NCBI GenBank assembly: GCA_947564835.1
Contig: CANOET010000001.1
Location: forward strand, 8,667-72,666
Length of the DNA stretch: 64,000 bases
Direction of reading: 5' to 3'
DNA from: an uncultured Eubacterium sp.
GTDB taxonomy: Bacteria; Bacillota; Clostridia; Lachnospirales; Lachnospiraceae
Positions 55,295-64,000 of the stretch are shown in pieces. A program made the translations under genes and the position numbers. The notes below the pieces were generated by a model that did not search any database, was not told the DNA's origin, and was given only the letters and a program-made list of their open reading frames with translations. The number at the start of each line of letters is the position of its first letter. Within the stretch, counting starts at the first letter, position 1.

Positions 55295-57313
55295 TTATGC
55301 AATCTTTACCCCTCTGGATGCACTATATTTTCCATAAATTTTGCGCTCCATAGAATCAACCTTATACGCGCGTACCCTGATATAATAAATAGATCCCCGT
55401 TTCAGGTTTTTCAGCGTTTTTGTGGTGTAATAAGTCGACACTTTCTTTACATTCGATGCAAAATCCTTATTCGTAGAATAGCAGATCTCAAATCCTTCCG
55501 CACCGCTGATAGCGTCTATTTTTACTTTCAGCTGTCCGTTTTCATTTGCAGCAAAAGACGGCGCTGCTGCCTGTTTCGGCTTGGTGATTCTGACCCACTG
55601 GGCATACAGGACACACTCTTCATTCGGGATCGTTGTCCTGCTGACCTTGCGGCCGCCGGATGCTTTGGTATACCAGCCTTTGAATCTGTAATTCGCACGT
55701 TCTACCGTTGGCAGTGCGTCCAGCTCGTCTCCCTTTGCCAGGGATATTTTCTGATAATTCAGATTCTGCCCGCCGTTCGGATGGAAGAAGATTTCATAAA
55801 ACTGCGCGTCTTCATCCGGCGCCGGATCTGGTTTCTGCACATCATTTCCGGACGATGTGCCTACGGTGACATTTACTGTCTTCGACATGCCGTTATATGT
55901 AACAACAATGGTGTTCTGTCCGTTCGTCAGTGTGCGCTGGGAAACTGCGAAGCTGTATACGCGTTCAGACGTGCCGTTCGCATAATTCGCATGTACGACC
56001 ATCCCGTCAGATACATTTGCACCTGCATATTTTAAACCGTTATATACTGCCGTAATGCCCGTTAATGCCTTGCTTTCGCCCCAATAAGCATAATATGTCT
56101 GATTTTTGCTGATCGGCGTGGTTTCTGTCAGCCTGGTTCCCTGGCCGTTTTGCATCGTATACCAGCCTAAAAATTCCGCGTTTGCTTTTACCGGTACCGG
56201 AAGCGGTGAAATCGTGCCTAATTCGTTGACGATCACCGGCGATACCGCATTTCCGCCCTGGCTGTTAAAGGATACGGTATAGGTTATTTTCGGCAGCCCC
56301 AGATTGAAGAAATCTACGTTATAAGAGATATTTGTGCCTGCTCCGGTGATCGTTACCTGGAACGTGTCGCCGCTTTTGATGCTTCCGATGCTCTGCAGGG
56401 ACGGACGGAAGATGATGCATCCGGTCTGCCCGTAAGAATTATTATTCACATAAAAGTCTCCGTCTGCGGACGCATAAGAAAAATGCCAGGTTTTATAATC
56501 CCTGTATCTGGTCAGTGTTACCTGAATGTCATTTGCATTCACGGTATAGCCCAGGCTGTAGCTCCACGGATATCCTGCTTCAAAATATTCGACTGGCATT
56601 GTACGCGCCGGCCATGCAATGCCGGTCTCATAAGCCAGTGAATTGGTCGTATCTGCTACATACGCACTGCTGAAGGTACCTTTTAAGCCGCTTACCACGC
56701 CAAAGCCTGTCTGCTTCATCTGCGGATTTAACAGCCATCTGCGCTGTTCGAGCGTTGCCAGATCCGTGCCGTCCGGATTGCCCATCCACGCCTGGACGAT
56801 CGTTTCATTCAGGCTGCGGCTGCCCCAGGATGCGAAGGAATTGTTGCAGTAGGTAGCGCCCATCTGCGCTGTCTGGTACAGCGTATTGCCCATAGAATAC
56901 GGCCTGTCCGGATTATGGGACACCTGCCCGTTCAGATAATTGATAAATGCCGCCGCCTGCGCATATTCACAATACTGGCTGGAAATGGTGACATTGTCGG
57001 AAATACCCGCAATGTAACGGATCTGGTTCAGCATATTCACAGCGGACTGCTGTGTTGCTTCTGAGAGCCTGCCCGGATTGTACGGCAGTTCTACAAACGG
57101 ATCTGTCGCAAATACAAAGTTATCTTTCAAATCCGCACGGTTTGCCGCTACATAGCTGCGTATTTCCTGTTGGGTGCGGTACCTGGCATTAATCCCCTGC
57201 GACGCTGCGTGTGCTTGTATCTGGTTTTTGCCCATAAAACCTGCTATGCCCATTACAAAAAACAGAACCACTGTCAGGATGTAAGAATGCCTTTTTTTGA
57301 ATTGTAAGTTCAT
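55295..57313 (-). CDS. Secreted CAP/SCP-domain protein with InlB B-type repeats, Ig-like and FN3 domains
   Basis: Signal peptide (AHA), NQIRYIAG...QRRWLLNP..GFG, VSFNSQGG/FHPNGG...FxGWYT repeats, YYIRVRAYK tail. Confidence 0.8.
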   Translation of the reverse strand: MNLQFKKRHSYILTVVLFFVMGIAGFMGKNQIQAHAASQGINARYRTQQEIRSYVAANRADLKDNFVFATDPFVELPYNPGRLSEATQQSAVNMLNQIRYIAGISDNVTISSQYCEYAQAAAFINYLNGQVSHNPDRPYSMGNTLYQTAQMGATYCNNSFASWGSRSLNETIVQAWMGNPDGTDLATLEQRRWLLNPQMKQTGFGVVSGLKGTFSSAYVADTTNSLAYETGIAWPARTMPVEYFEAGYPWSYSLGYTVNANDIQVTLTRYRDYKTWHFSYASADGDFYVNNNSYGQTGCIIFRPSLQSIGSIKSGDTFQVTITGAGTNISYNVDFFNLGLPKITYTVSFNSQGGNAVSPVIVNELGTISPLPVPVKANAEFLGWYTMQNGQGTRLTETTPISKNQTYYAYWGESKALTGITAVYNGLKYAGANVSDGMVVHANYANGTSERVYSFAVSQRTLTNGQNTIVVTYNGMSKTVNVTVGTSSGNDVQKPDPAPDEDAQFYEIFFHPNGGQNLNYQKISLAKGDELDALPTVERANYRFKGWYTKASGGRKVSRTTIPNEECVLYAQWVRITKPKQAAAPSFAANENGQLKVKIDAISGAEGFEICYSTNKDFASNVKKVSTYYTTKTLKNLKRGSIYYIRVRAYKVDSMERKIYGKYSASRGVKIA

Positions 57314-57470
57314 GTTGTCTCCTTTCTGGATATGACCGCTTTTTATAATTTATTTTTATCTTGTTCACATCATGTTTCTATAACGTTCCTATCATATTTC
57401 CCTGATACTTTTCTCACATTTCTATCCTATTTTTTCTATTTGTATGATACAATGAACTGCCAGATAACTG

Positions 57471-59273
57471 CTAGCTGACCTTCTTTGCAACAATGACCAG
57501 ACGGCCATTCGGACGTGAATATTCGCAGGTCGACAGCATCACCAGCTGGTCGCCGTACTCCAGATCCACACCTGTGTCATACAGCTGGTTCTCTTTGATA
57601 AAATCCGCGCAATCCTGAAATTCCTGCCGGGTATCATAATGATAGAACCGGTAATAACGGAACCCTTCTTCATCCTGATATAAAATCCTGGTAATCAGGA
57701 CTGCGGCAATCTGGTAAGATCCGGTCTCATAAATCGTATCATACGTCAGCTTGGGATGCTTGTAATAAAAATCCGCGTCCTTATACTGCTCCAGGATCCC
57801 GAAATTATGTCCGTTGCTCATGTTATGCCCATAAATGACCGTATTGGAATCCTGCGGAAAACAGCTGCTTTTCTGCTCTACAAATAAAGAACCTGCTTCT
57901 GTTTTCTTTCCAGTATAATCCCTGTGCAAATAAAAATACCGTTCGCCCCGCGCTTCATCATCGGACTGCATCACCGGATGGTCAATTTCCGTCCCCGGAA
58001 TTTTCAGCCAGCCGAACAGGTCTGGATATTTCTGGTGAAAAGAAGCATACTGCGGCAGGATTTCGGGCAATTGTGCGGTCTGTTGTTCATTGACTGCCGC
58101 ACTGCCGTCCTCTTCCGCTCCTGTCCCCGCTGCGGCTGCATCTAATCCCGTCTCTTTTGTATTTCCAGCATCCGCATTGCCTGTATCCATATGGGATAAA
58201 TTATCTGGACGGCCCTCTGCTGGATCCGCTCCATACATACTTGCTGTCTGACTGCCCTGCAGATCCGCTGCATACAAATCTGCTGACTGGCCTTCGTTTA
58301 GATCTGCAATACTCGAATCTGCTATTTGGCCTTTCTGCGAATCTGCCGTCTGGCCTTCCCGTGGATCTGCTGTACTAAAATCTGCTGTCTGGCCGTTTTG
58401 CACATCTGCTGCATTGGAATCCGCTGGCTGGCCGTTCTGTGTATCCGCCGCATACTGCTGTGATGTCTGATTTCCCTGCAGCTTCTGCCCCGGTGTAACA
58501 TCTGTCACAGATCTTGCCCCGGAAAAGATCTTCTGCAGCTTTTCCCTGCCTCGTCCGCCGTCTGACTGCAGAAACAGCAGCAGGCAGATCACGCCGATCA
58601 GAATGCAGGCAGACAGTGTCAGAATGATCTTTCTCCTGACGGAAGGTTTTTGTACAGCTGGTACTTCCGGCGGTTCAATGAAATCTGCCTCCTCCTCTTC
58701 CTCCTTTTTCCCGTATCGCTCTTGCAGCACATTAATAAAAGCATCCCCCAGCCAGCTGGAAAAGTAATATTTTTCATCCTGCGTAAGGAGCTGAAGCGCT
58801 TTTTCCGCCTTCTTTTCGTCATCCCAATTACAGGTGGAACAGATCCTTTGGATCTTTGCGATATCATGCTGCAGCATCCTTTGTTCTTCGCTGATACCCA
58901 ATTCCAGCTTCACCGCAAGCTGCTCTGTAAATGCCCTGCCGAACTCTGTACCGAAATAAGCTTTCGGGTGTACTGACAGTTCCTGGTACTGGCTTTTCCA
59001 ATAAACATCGTGCTGGGCCTGTCCGTCCCGGATCAGTTCCTGCATTAAGTGAATATCTTTCTGCAGCTTTGACCAGTCGGGCGCTTTCCCGGTATCAATC
59101 GATTTTTGCAGAAATTCCAGAAAACGGATGCCAAGATCTCCGGCGAATACCAGTTCCTGCTGTTTTGACAGCTTCTGTACGTATTTTTCTAACTGATGCC
59201 CGCCCATGCGCCAGCATTCTGCTACCATATGTTCCATATTCTGCAGGTCAACCCATTCTATATTCCACTTCAT
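57471..59273 (-). CDS. srtB: Class B sortase with long N-terminal cytoplasmic domain and repeat-rich stalk
   Basis: WLKIPGTEIDHPVMQ, IYGHNM, YDTIYE, MLSTCEY...GRLVIVAK. Confidence 0.88.
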   Translation of the reverse strand: MKWNIEWVDLQNMEHMVAECWRMGGHQLEKYVQKLSKQQELVFAGDLGIRFLEFLQKSIDTGKAPDWSKLQKDIHLMQELIRDGQAQHDVYWKSQYQELSVHPKAYFGTEFGRAFTEQLAVKLELGISEEQRMLQHDIAKIQRICSTCNWDDEKKAEKALQLLTQDEKYYFSSWLGDAFINVLQERYGKKEEEEEADFIEPPEVPAVQKPSVRRKIILTLSACILIGVICLLLFLQSDGGRGREKLQKIFSGARSVTDVTPGQKLQGNQTSQQYAADTQNGQPADSNAADVQNGQTADFSTADPREGQTADSQKGQIADSSIADLNEGQSADLYAADLQGSQTASMYGADPAEGRPDNLSHMDTGNADAGNTKETGLDAAAAGTGAEEDGSAAVNEQQTAQLPEILPQYASFHQKYPDLFGWLKIPGTEIDHPVMQSDDEARGERYFYLHRDYTGKKTEAGSLFVEQKSSCFPQDSNTVIYGHNMSNGHNFGILEQYKDADFYYKHPKLTYDTIYETGSYQIAAVLITRILYQDEEGFRYYRFYHYDTRQEFQDCADFIKENQLYDTGVDLEYGDQLVMLSTCEYSRPNGRLVIVAKKVS

Positions 59274-59509
59274 AACGATCCTTTGCTTTTTATTTTGCAT
59301 ATCGGCAATTTGCATATTAATGTTTACTGCTATCTTAATTATAGCAATATTATGAACAGAACTCAAGTGTTTCCATCAATTCCAATATATGGAAAAAGTG
59401 TTTCCATCAATTTCTATAGATGGAAAAAAGCAGATTACCGAAAGATAACCTGCCCTTTGCGTTTCTTAATTCTATTTAAATTCTCCGCTTTCCTCAGCGG
59501 ATCAATGAT

Positions 59510-59989
59510 TTACTTCTTATTATCCATAAACTGCGCATCAATAAAATTCACCTTCGTCATATTCCGGTAATACTGCTGCACTGCATTCTGGCTGGCTTTT
59601 ACTTCGCGGATCTGCTTTTTGATATCACTGAATTTGCGCTGCGCCAGCTGATAGTTGCGCTGTTCTTCTGCCTGGATACTGTTGCTTTCTGCTGTAATAC
59701 TGCGGATCAGCTCCTGAAGCTTTTGAATCTGTTCCTGATACTGGTCTTTATGTGCATTGAGTTCCTCCCGAACGCGCTCATAGATTTGGTCAAATCCTTC
59801 GTCCAGCATTTCCAGGTTCTCTACCAGCTTTCCTTTACTTTCGATATTTTTTTCAAATTCATCCGGGCCAAGATTTTCGTCTAACAGCATTACCCGCTGT
59901 TCTTCATTTTTTTTCCGGATATCCCCCAGCACTGACAGCTTTTTGGTCAGGCTCTGGATTAATATTTCAAGATAATCATGTTCCTGCAT
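59510..59989 (-). CDS. flgN: Flagellar export chaperone FlgN-like
   Basis: Helical protein downstream of fliS; LQSLTKKL...EGFDQIYERV pattern of Lachnospiraceae FlgN-annotated proteins. Confidence 0.7.
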   Translation of the reverse strand: MQEHDYLEILIQSLTKKLSVLGDIRKKNEEQRVMLLDENLGPDEFEKNIESKGKLVENLEMLDEGFDQIYERVREELNAHKDQYQEQIQKLQELIRSITAESNSIQAEEQRNYQLAQRKFSDIKKQIREVKASQNAVQQYYRNMTKVNFIDAQFMDNKK

Positions 59990-60006
59990 GCGATACTCCT
60001 CGGTGT

Positions 60007-60390
60007 TTATGATTGTTGTGTGTTGGCAAGACGCATGACTTCTTTCCATGTATCCCGCATCGTACGCAAATGCCCCAATACTTCTTCTAAGATTTCTTTG
60101 TCTTTTTTCATATTTGCCTGAATCAGGCGGTCACGCAGATAGTTGTATACATTGTCAAAATCTTTTGCCACCTCGTATTTATGATTTAAGGTAGCCTGAA
60201 ATTCTTCGATGATTTTTTCTGCTTTGACGATGTTCGTATGGGCTTTTTCAATGTCTTTGTCTTCGATCGCTTTGACCGCTATATTACAGAACTTAATCGC
60301 ACCTTCGTAGAGCATGAGTGTCAGCTCCGCTGGTGTCGCTGTCAGTATTTTGTTTGTCGCATATGCGGTATATGCATTATTTTTTAACAT
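60007..60390 (-). CDS. fliS: Flagellin export chaperone FliS
   Basis: TATPAELTLMLYEGAIKF, LRDTWKEV-like end. Confidence 0.95.
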   Translation of the reverse strand: MLKNNAYTAYATNKILTATPAELTLMLYEGAIKFCNIAVKAIEDKDIEKAHTNIVKAEKIIEEFQATLNHKYEVAKDFDNVYNYLRDRLIQANMKKDKEILEEVLGHLRTMRDTWKEVMRLANTQQS

Positions 60391-60504
60391 CCCGAATCCT
60401 CCCTGATATTCCGACATGAAAGAAGGTTTGGATACATAAAGTATTCAAACCCGTGTCACAGGGCAGCCAAACTGTCCTGTGACTTTAAAATCCTGTATGG
60501 TACT

Positions 60505-62010
60505 TTAACCAAGCATACTTGTGAAGGAAGACATCTGGCTCTGCAGCTTGCCCAATGCTACTTCCATTGCGGAGAACTTCTTGTAATAAGAATCCTCGAT
60601 TTCTGCTACTTTCTTATTCCAATCTTTGATCTTAGTCGTATAGTCGCTGTAGCTCTTCGCCATCTCTTTATCGTTATATACGGTATAAGCGCTCTTGAGT
60701 GTCGTGGAGCCTTTAAGCTTATCATCCAGGTTTTTGTACAGCTTGGATGCTACTCCTTTGATAATTTCATTCACTGCTTCCGGATCGGAGTTGAGCATTG
60801 CCATTAATTTATCAGCATTTTCTGAAGAACTGCTGTCATCGCTGTCCCCGTCAATATGCAGTGCGTTTTTCTCATTCTTGGAGCTAGTGAAATATCCCAA
60901 GGTCTTAATGCCGAGATTCGCAAGTCCGAAATTCTTTCCGTTCACAGATACGGTTGAAGACATCGCTGTCGACATAGCGCTTATAATGCCGCCTAACGTG
61001 TTGTCCCTGCGCAGCAACGCGCCTTTTACTTTCTTTTCCCATTCTGCTACTTCGGAATCGGACATCGCTTCTTTTTCTTCGGAGGTCAGCGGTTCATAGC
61101 CTTTTGCAGAATCGGCGTTATAATAAGAGGACAGTTCATTGATCAGGTCATTGTAGCTGGTAATGAACTCCTTAATATTATCATACATTCCCTGCGTATC
61201 GGTGTCTGTGGTAATCGTCAGTTTTTCGTCCGCTCCGGTCACTGCGTTCGCCTGAATGGTCAGCCCGTTTACATTAAATGTATTTGTGGAAGATGTGTAA
61301 ACCGCTCCGTTTAATTCAATTTTCGCATCTTCCCCTTTGATTCTTCTGGCATCGTCTTCCGGAACATCCAGCCCGAGACTCTTAATCGCCGCGGTATCCC
61401 CTTCCAGCTTAATGTCTGTGCCTTCGCCTGTTTTTGTAGAAGAAAGGAAAATCCTCTGATTCTCTGCGTCAAAGGATGCTTTTACCCCTGTGCCGGATTC
61501 GTTGATCTGCTTGATCACGTCTTTAATCGTAGTGGAGGATGTTACATCAATCTCCAGATCCTTGCTGCCTTCTACCGATTCCAGCCCTTTGAGGGTAATC
61601 TTTCCGGAACCGCTGTATCCAAGGCTGCCGAGTGTATCGTCTGATGATACTTTACCATCCGCATCTGCCTTCTTTAATTCATCGCCTGTGATATAGCCGC
61701 CTGTCGCCAGGTTTTTAATCTTTAAGGACTGTGTCCCGCTTACAGCATTGCTGCCGGCGGTTACCGTTGCTTTTGTCGGATCGGATACCGTTGTTTTTTT
61801 CTTTACGGAAGTACCCAGACGAAGTTTATCCAGGCTCTTATAAAAATTAAAAATCTTCGTATTCAACGACTTCCAAAGATCCTGTGTCCAGGAAAGCTTG
61901 GTCTGCGACTTTACATACTTGTCGCCCTTTGCCTTATATGCAGAAACCAGTTCTGTAATAATCGCGTCTGTATCCAGACCCGAATTCATACCTGTTATTC
62001 TGATTGTCAT
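60505..62010 (-). CDS. fliD: Flagellar filament cap protein FliD
   Basis: RITGMNSGLDTDAII, SSTNTF, YYKKFSAMEVAL. Confidence 0.95.
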   Translation of the reverse strand: MTIRITGMNSGLDTDAIITELVSAYKAKGDKYVKSQTKLSWTQDLWKSLNTKIFNFYKSLDKLRLGTSVKKKTTVSDPTKATVTAGSNAVSGTQSLKIKNLATGGYITGDELKKADADGKVSSDDTLGSLGYSGSGKITLKGLESVEGSKDLEIDVTSSTTIKDVIKQINESGTGVKASFDAENQRIFLSSTKTGEGTDIKLEGDTAAIKSLGLDVPEDDARRIKGEDAKIELNGAVYTSSTNTFNVNGLTIQANAVTGADEKLTITTDTDTQGMYDNIKEFITSYNDLINELSSYYNADSAKGYEPLTSEEKEAMSDSEVAEWEKKVKGALLRRDNTLGGIISAMSTAMSSTVSVNGKNFGLANLGIKTLGYFTSSKNEKNALHIDGDSDDSSSSENADKLMAMLNSDPEAVNEIIKGVASKLYKNLDDKLKGSTTLKSAYTVYNDKEMAKSYSDYTTKIKDWNKKVAEIEDSYYKKFSAMEVALGKLQSQMSSFTSMLG

Positions 62011-62021
62011 ATCGTTACCTC

Positions 62022-62462
62022 CTATAATTTCTCATCTACCATAATACCTGCCATTTCCCACACTTTCTGTATCATATCCAGTGTCTGCTCCGGCGGATAT
62101 TCTTTTAAAATATCTTTTGATTCTTTGTCTACAATTTTAATCGTCACACGGTTTGTACCCTCGTGAATACCAAATACTGCTTCTGTCTGATGGTTGACGC
62201 TTTTTTTAAACTTTTCGATGGCCTGTTCCAGCTGCTTGTTGCCCTTCTGGCTGCCTCCCTGATAATCCCTGTTTTCTCTCTGTCCTTCCCTTGCGGGTTC
62301 AAATAGCTTTAGATCAGAGCCAGAGTCAACCGTTTCTTCCGGCTTCTCGGCTGTTGTTTCCGATACGGCCGGCTTGACAGCCGCTTTGCTTTTCGGATTT
62401 GCTGCGTTTGACACACGTCCCTGATACGTCGCGGCAGCTGCGTTCATTGCTTCTATTGCCAT
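62022..62462 (-). CDS. flaG: FlaG protein
   Basis: FGIHEGTNRVTIKIVDK...KEYPPEQTLDMI...GIMVDEKL. Confidence 0.92.
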   Translation of the reverse strand: MAIEAMNAAAATYQGRVSNAANPKSKAAVKPAVSETTAEKPEETVDSGSDLKLFEPAREGQRENRDYQGGSQKGNKQLEQAIEKFKKSVNHQTEAVFGIHEGTNRVTIKIVDKESKDILKEYPPEQTLDMIQKVWEMAGIMVDEKL

Positions 62463-62517
62463 ACATTATCACCTCCCTGCGAATGCTCTGGCTTGCCCAC
62501 TACTCCTATTGCTTTTT

Positions 62518-62544
62518 ATATCGGTAAAAAGAGTAAAAATGTTA
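62518..62544 (-). promoter_or_regulatory. sigma28-like promoter of flaG-fliD-fliS-flgN
   Basis: TAAC-N15-ACCGATAT on the minus strand. Confidence 0.65.
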
Positions 62545-62547
62545 ATA

Positions 62548-62763
62548 TCAAAACATATTTTTCAAGAGTTCCATATTGTCCGCGTTGGAAGCTTCTTCGT
62601 TTTCTTTCTGGATCTGGAGATAGACTTCCTTACGGTAGATTGGCACTTCTTTCGGAGCAGATACGCCGATCTTCACCTGATCGCCTCGGATTTCTAATAT
62701 TGTTACTTCAATATTATTGTTTAACACCAGTGCTTCGCCTTTTTTTCTGGTTAACGCCAACAT
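62548..62763 (-). CDS. csrA: Carbon storage regulator CsrA
   Basis: MLALTRKKGE...QVKIGVSAPKEVPIYRKE. Confidence 0.97.
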   Translation of the reverse strand: MLALTRKKGEALVLNNNIEVTILEIRGDQVKIGVSAPKEVPIYRKEVYLQIQKENEEASNADNMELLKNMF

Positions 62764-62767
62764 ATCC

Positions 62768-63223
62768 TTATTCACCTGCTTTCTTCTTATTTAAAATGTC
62801 ATAGATCATGTATTTGACTGGATAATCGTCTTCCACGATCAGCTGAACGCCGTGTAAGTTTTCCATGTTTATGATAAACGGAGCTTTCAGGTTGACTGAC
62901 ATTTTTTCGATTTCTTTCGGCACGGTGATCGTAACCAGTACAAATGTGCTTTCTTCTGGCATTTCACCCAATGATTTCAGCCCTTCTTCACTGACAGTCG
63001 GCCGGTAATCCGGTTTTACATCGAGCGGATTGAGCACAGGCATCGCAAATTCCGGATCGTCCATAGACTGCAGCCATTTTACACCACCCTTTCCTTCTTT
63101 TTCTTCATCATAGATCAGTGTGAAATTCTGTAAATCCGGGAATCCGATAATGCCTTCTTTTAATTTGATGATCTTATCATCCTGGATCTCAATCTCGCCA
63201 AATAATCTCGTATTTGCCTTCAT
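62768..63223 (-). CDS. fliW: Flagellar assembly factor FliW (CsrA antagonist)
   Basis: TRLFGEI, GIIGF, WLQS, NLKAPFIIN. Confidence 0.95.
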   Translation of the reverse strand: MKANTRLFGEIEIQDDKIIKLKEGIIGFPDLQNFTLIYDEEKEGKGGVKWLQSMDDPEFAMPVLNPLDVKPDYRPTVSEEGLKSLGEMPEESTFVLVTITVPKEIEKMSVNLKAPFIINMENLHGVQLIVEDDYPVKYMIYDILNKKKAGE

Positions 63224-63358
63224 TTCATACTCCTTTTGCCTTCCCATAAATTAGGGACGCCAAAAACAATATGCTGTTCCTGACGTCCGTGTCTTATCCT
63301 ATTCTATTATGCAGGCTGCTGTTTCAGTACCGTGTACGCTGAAGCACTCCCTGCAGTA

Positions 63359-64000
63359 TTAAATAAAGTCTAACAGTGTCATCTTGCCGATCTTTGCCGC
63401 TGCCTGCAAAGCTGCCTGATAGGCTACGGATGCTGCTGTATAATTGATGACCAGATCGGATAAATCCATATCTTCGTTGATCGATTTAAGTTCTTTAAAG
63501 GTGGACTGCTGCACGCTCATACGGCTTTTTGTCATTTCCACACGTTCCCCGCGTCCGCCCAGGTCAGTGATCTCCAGGTTCACGGTGTCGAGATAGCCCT
63601 GGAATCTGGAAATGTAACCGCTGTAGGTGTCATGCATATTCTGGTTGGCATAATCCAGCTGTTTTTTAGCTGCATCATACCATTTGTTCAGGTTTTCCAA
63701 CTCCGTGCCCGAATAATTGCCGGATTCTATTTTTTTCTTAATCTCGTCAACAGTCGTCTGCGCGGTCATCGCCATGCTTACAACGTCGATCAGTTCATCG
63801 ATATCCCGGCGGATATCAGAGCTGAACACTTCCCTTGCTTCGGTATTGATCTGCATCTGCTGGCCGCCTGCGATATTGTAATAGATCGCCTGTGTTTTCC
63901 AATTGCCCTTTTCATCAAAATTTTCATATACGATATCGTCGCGCTCCGTCATGTACCGGGTGCAGTCGAAGTAATTTTCCGGACGCAGCTCTCCCTCTTC
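63359..64000 (-). CDS. flgL: Hook-associated protein FlgL, 3' part (runs off the window)
   Basis: Flagellin-like C-terminus EDMDLSDLVINY...YQAALQAAAKI..TLLDFI; upstream of fliW. Confidence 0.85.
   Translation of the reverse strand, partial: EEGELRPENYFDCTRYMTERDDIVYENFDEKGNWKTQAIYYNIAGGQQMQINTEAREVFSSDIRRDIDELIDVVSMAMTAQTTVDEIKKKIESGNYSGTELENLNKWYDAAKKQLDYANQNMHDTYSGYISRFQGYLDTVNLEITDLGGRGERVEMTKSRMSVQQSTFKELKSINEDMDLSDLVINYTAASVAYQAALQAAAKIGKMTLLDFI

Noticed and set aside
55241-56035. 264-aa plus-strand ORF
   Set aside because: Antisense to the well-supported CAP-domain gene, with no recognisable domain

Overview
64 kb from a low-GC Gram-positive anaerobe, Lachnospiraceae-like (inferred from flagellin, flagellar gene and CsrA/FliW sequences). 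The backbone is a minus-strand flagellar region: flgL (partial), fliW, csrA, flaG, fliD, fliS, flgN at the right end, and a flagellin glycosylation island at the left. The island holds a sigma28/CsrA-controlled flagellin, a Maf transferase, a GT-D glycosyltransferase, a legionaminic-acid-type pathway (legB, legC, neuC, neuB, two neuA copies, CBS-nucleotidyltransferase, HAD phosphatase) and tailoring enzymes, two of which carry poly-G tracts. One of these, a B12 radical SAM gene, is frameshifted at its tract. A second, 1583-aa flagellin carries a gluzincin HExxH protease domain and glycine-rich beta-helix repeats. Several AT-rich accessory cassettes interrupt the backbone: (i) nitrilase-fold/MarR/hypothetical trio; (ii) an ADP-ribosyltransferase toxin-antitoxin-SecB chaperone (CmdTAC-like) module between duplicated neuA genes; (iii) small ORF + 914-aa HExxH protein + DisA_N diadenylate-cyclase protein; (iv) SPFH/YARHG/TIR/TPR operon; (v) a tightly coupled four-gene operon, 2TM-PLD-like + truncated RlmN-like radical SAM + small protein + HD dNTPase-like, which is my best candidate for an undescribed defence system. 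Also present: class I LysRS fused to a tRNA-binding OB domain, VTC-DUF4956-CotH operon, PadR module, a two-component system, a CAP-domain surface protein, a sortase B and a dispersed long-palindrome element. No rRNA, tRNA, CRISPR array or transposase was recognised. All family calls come from motif recognition by eye, not database searches.
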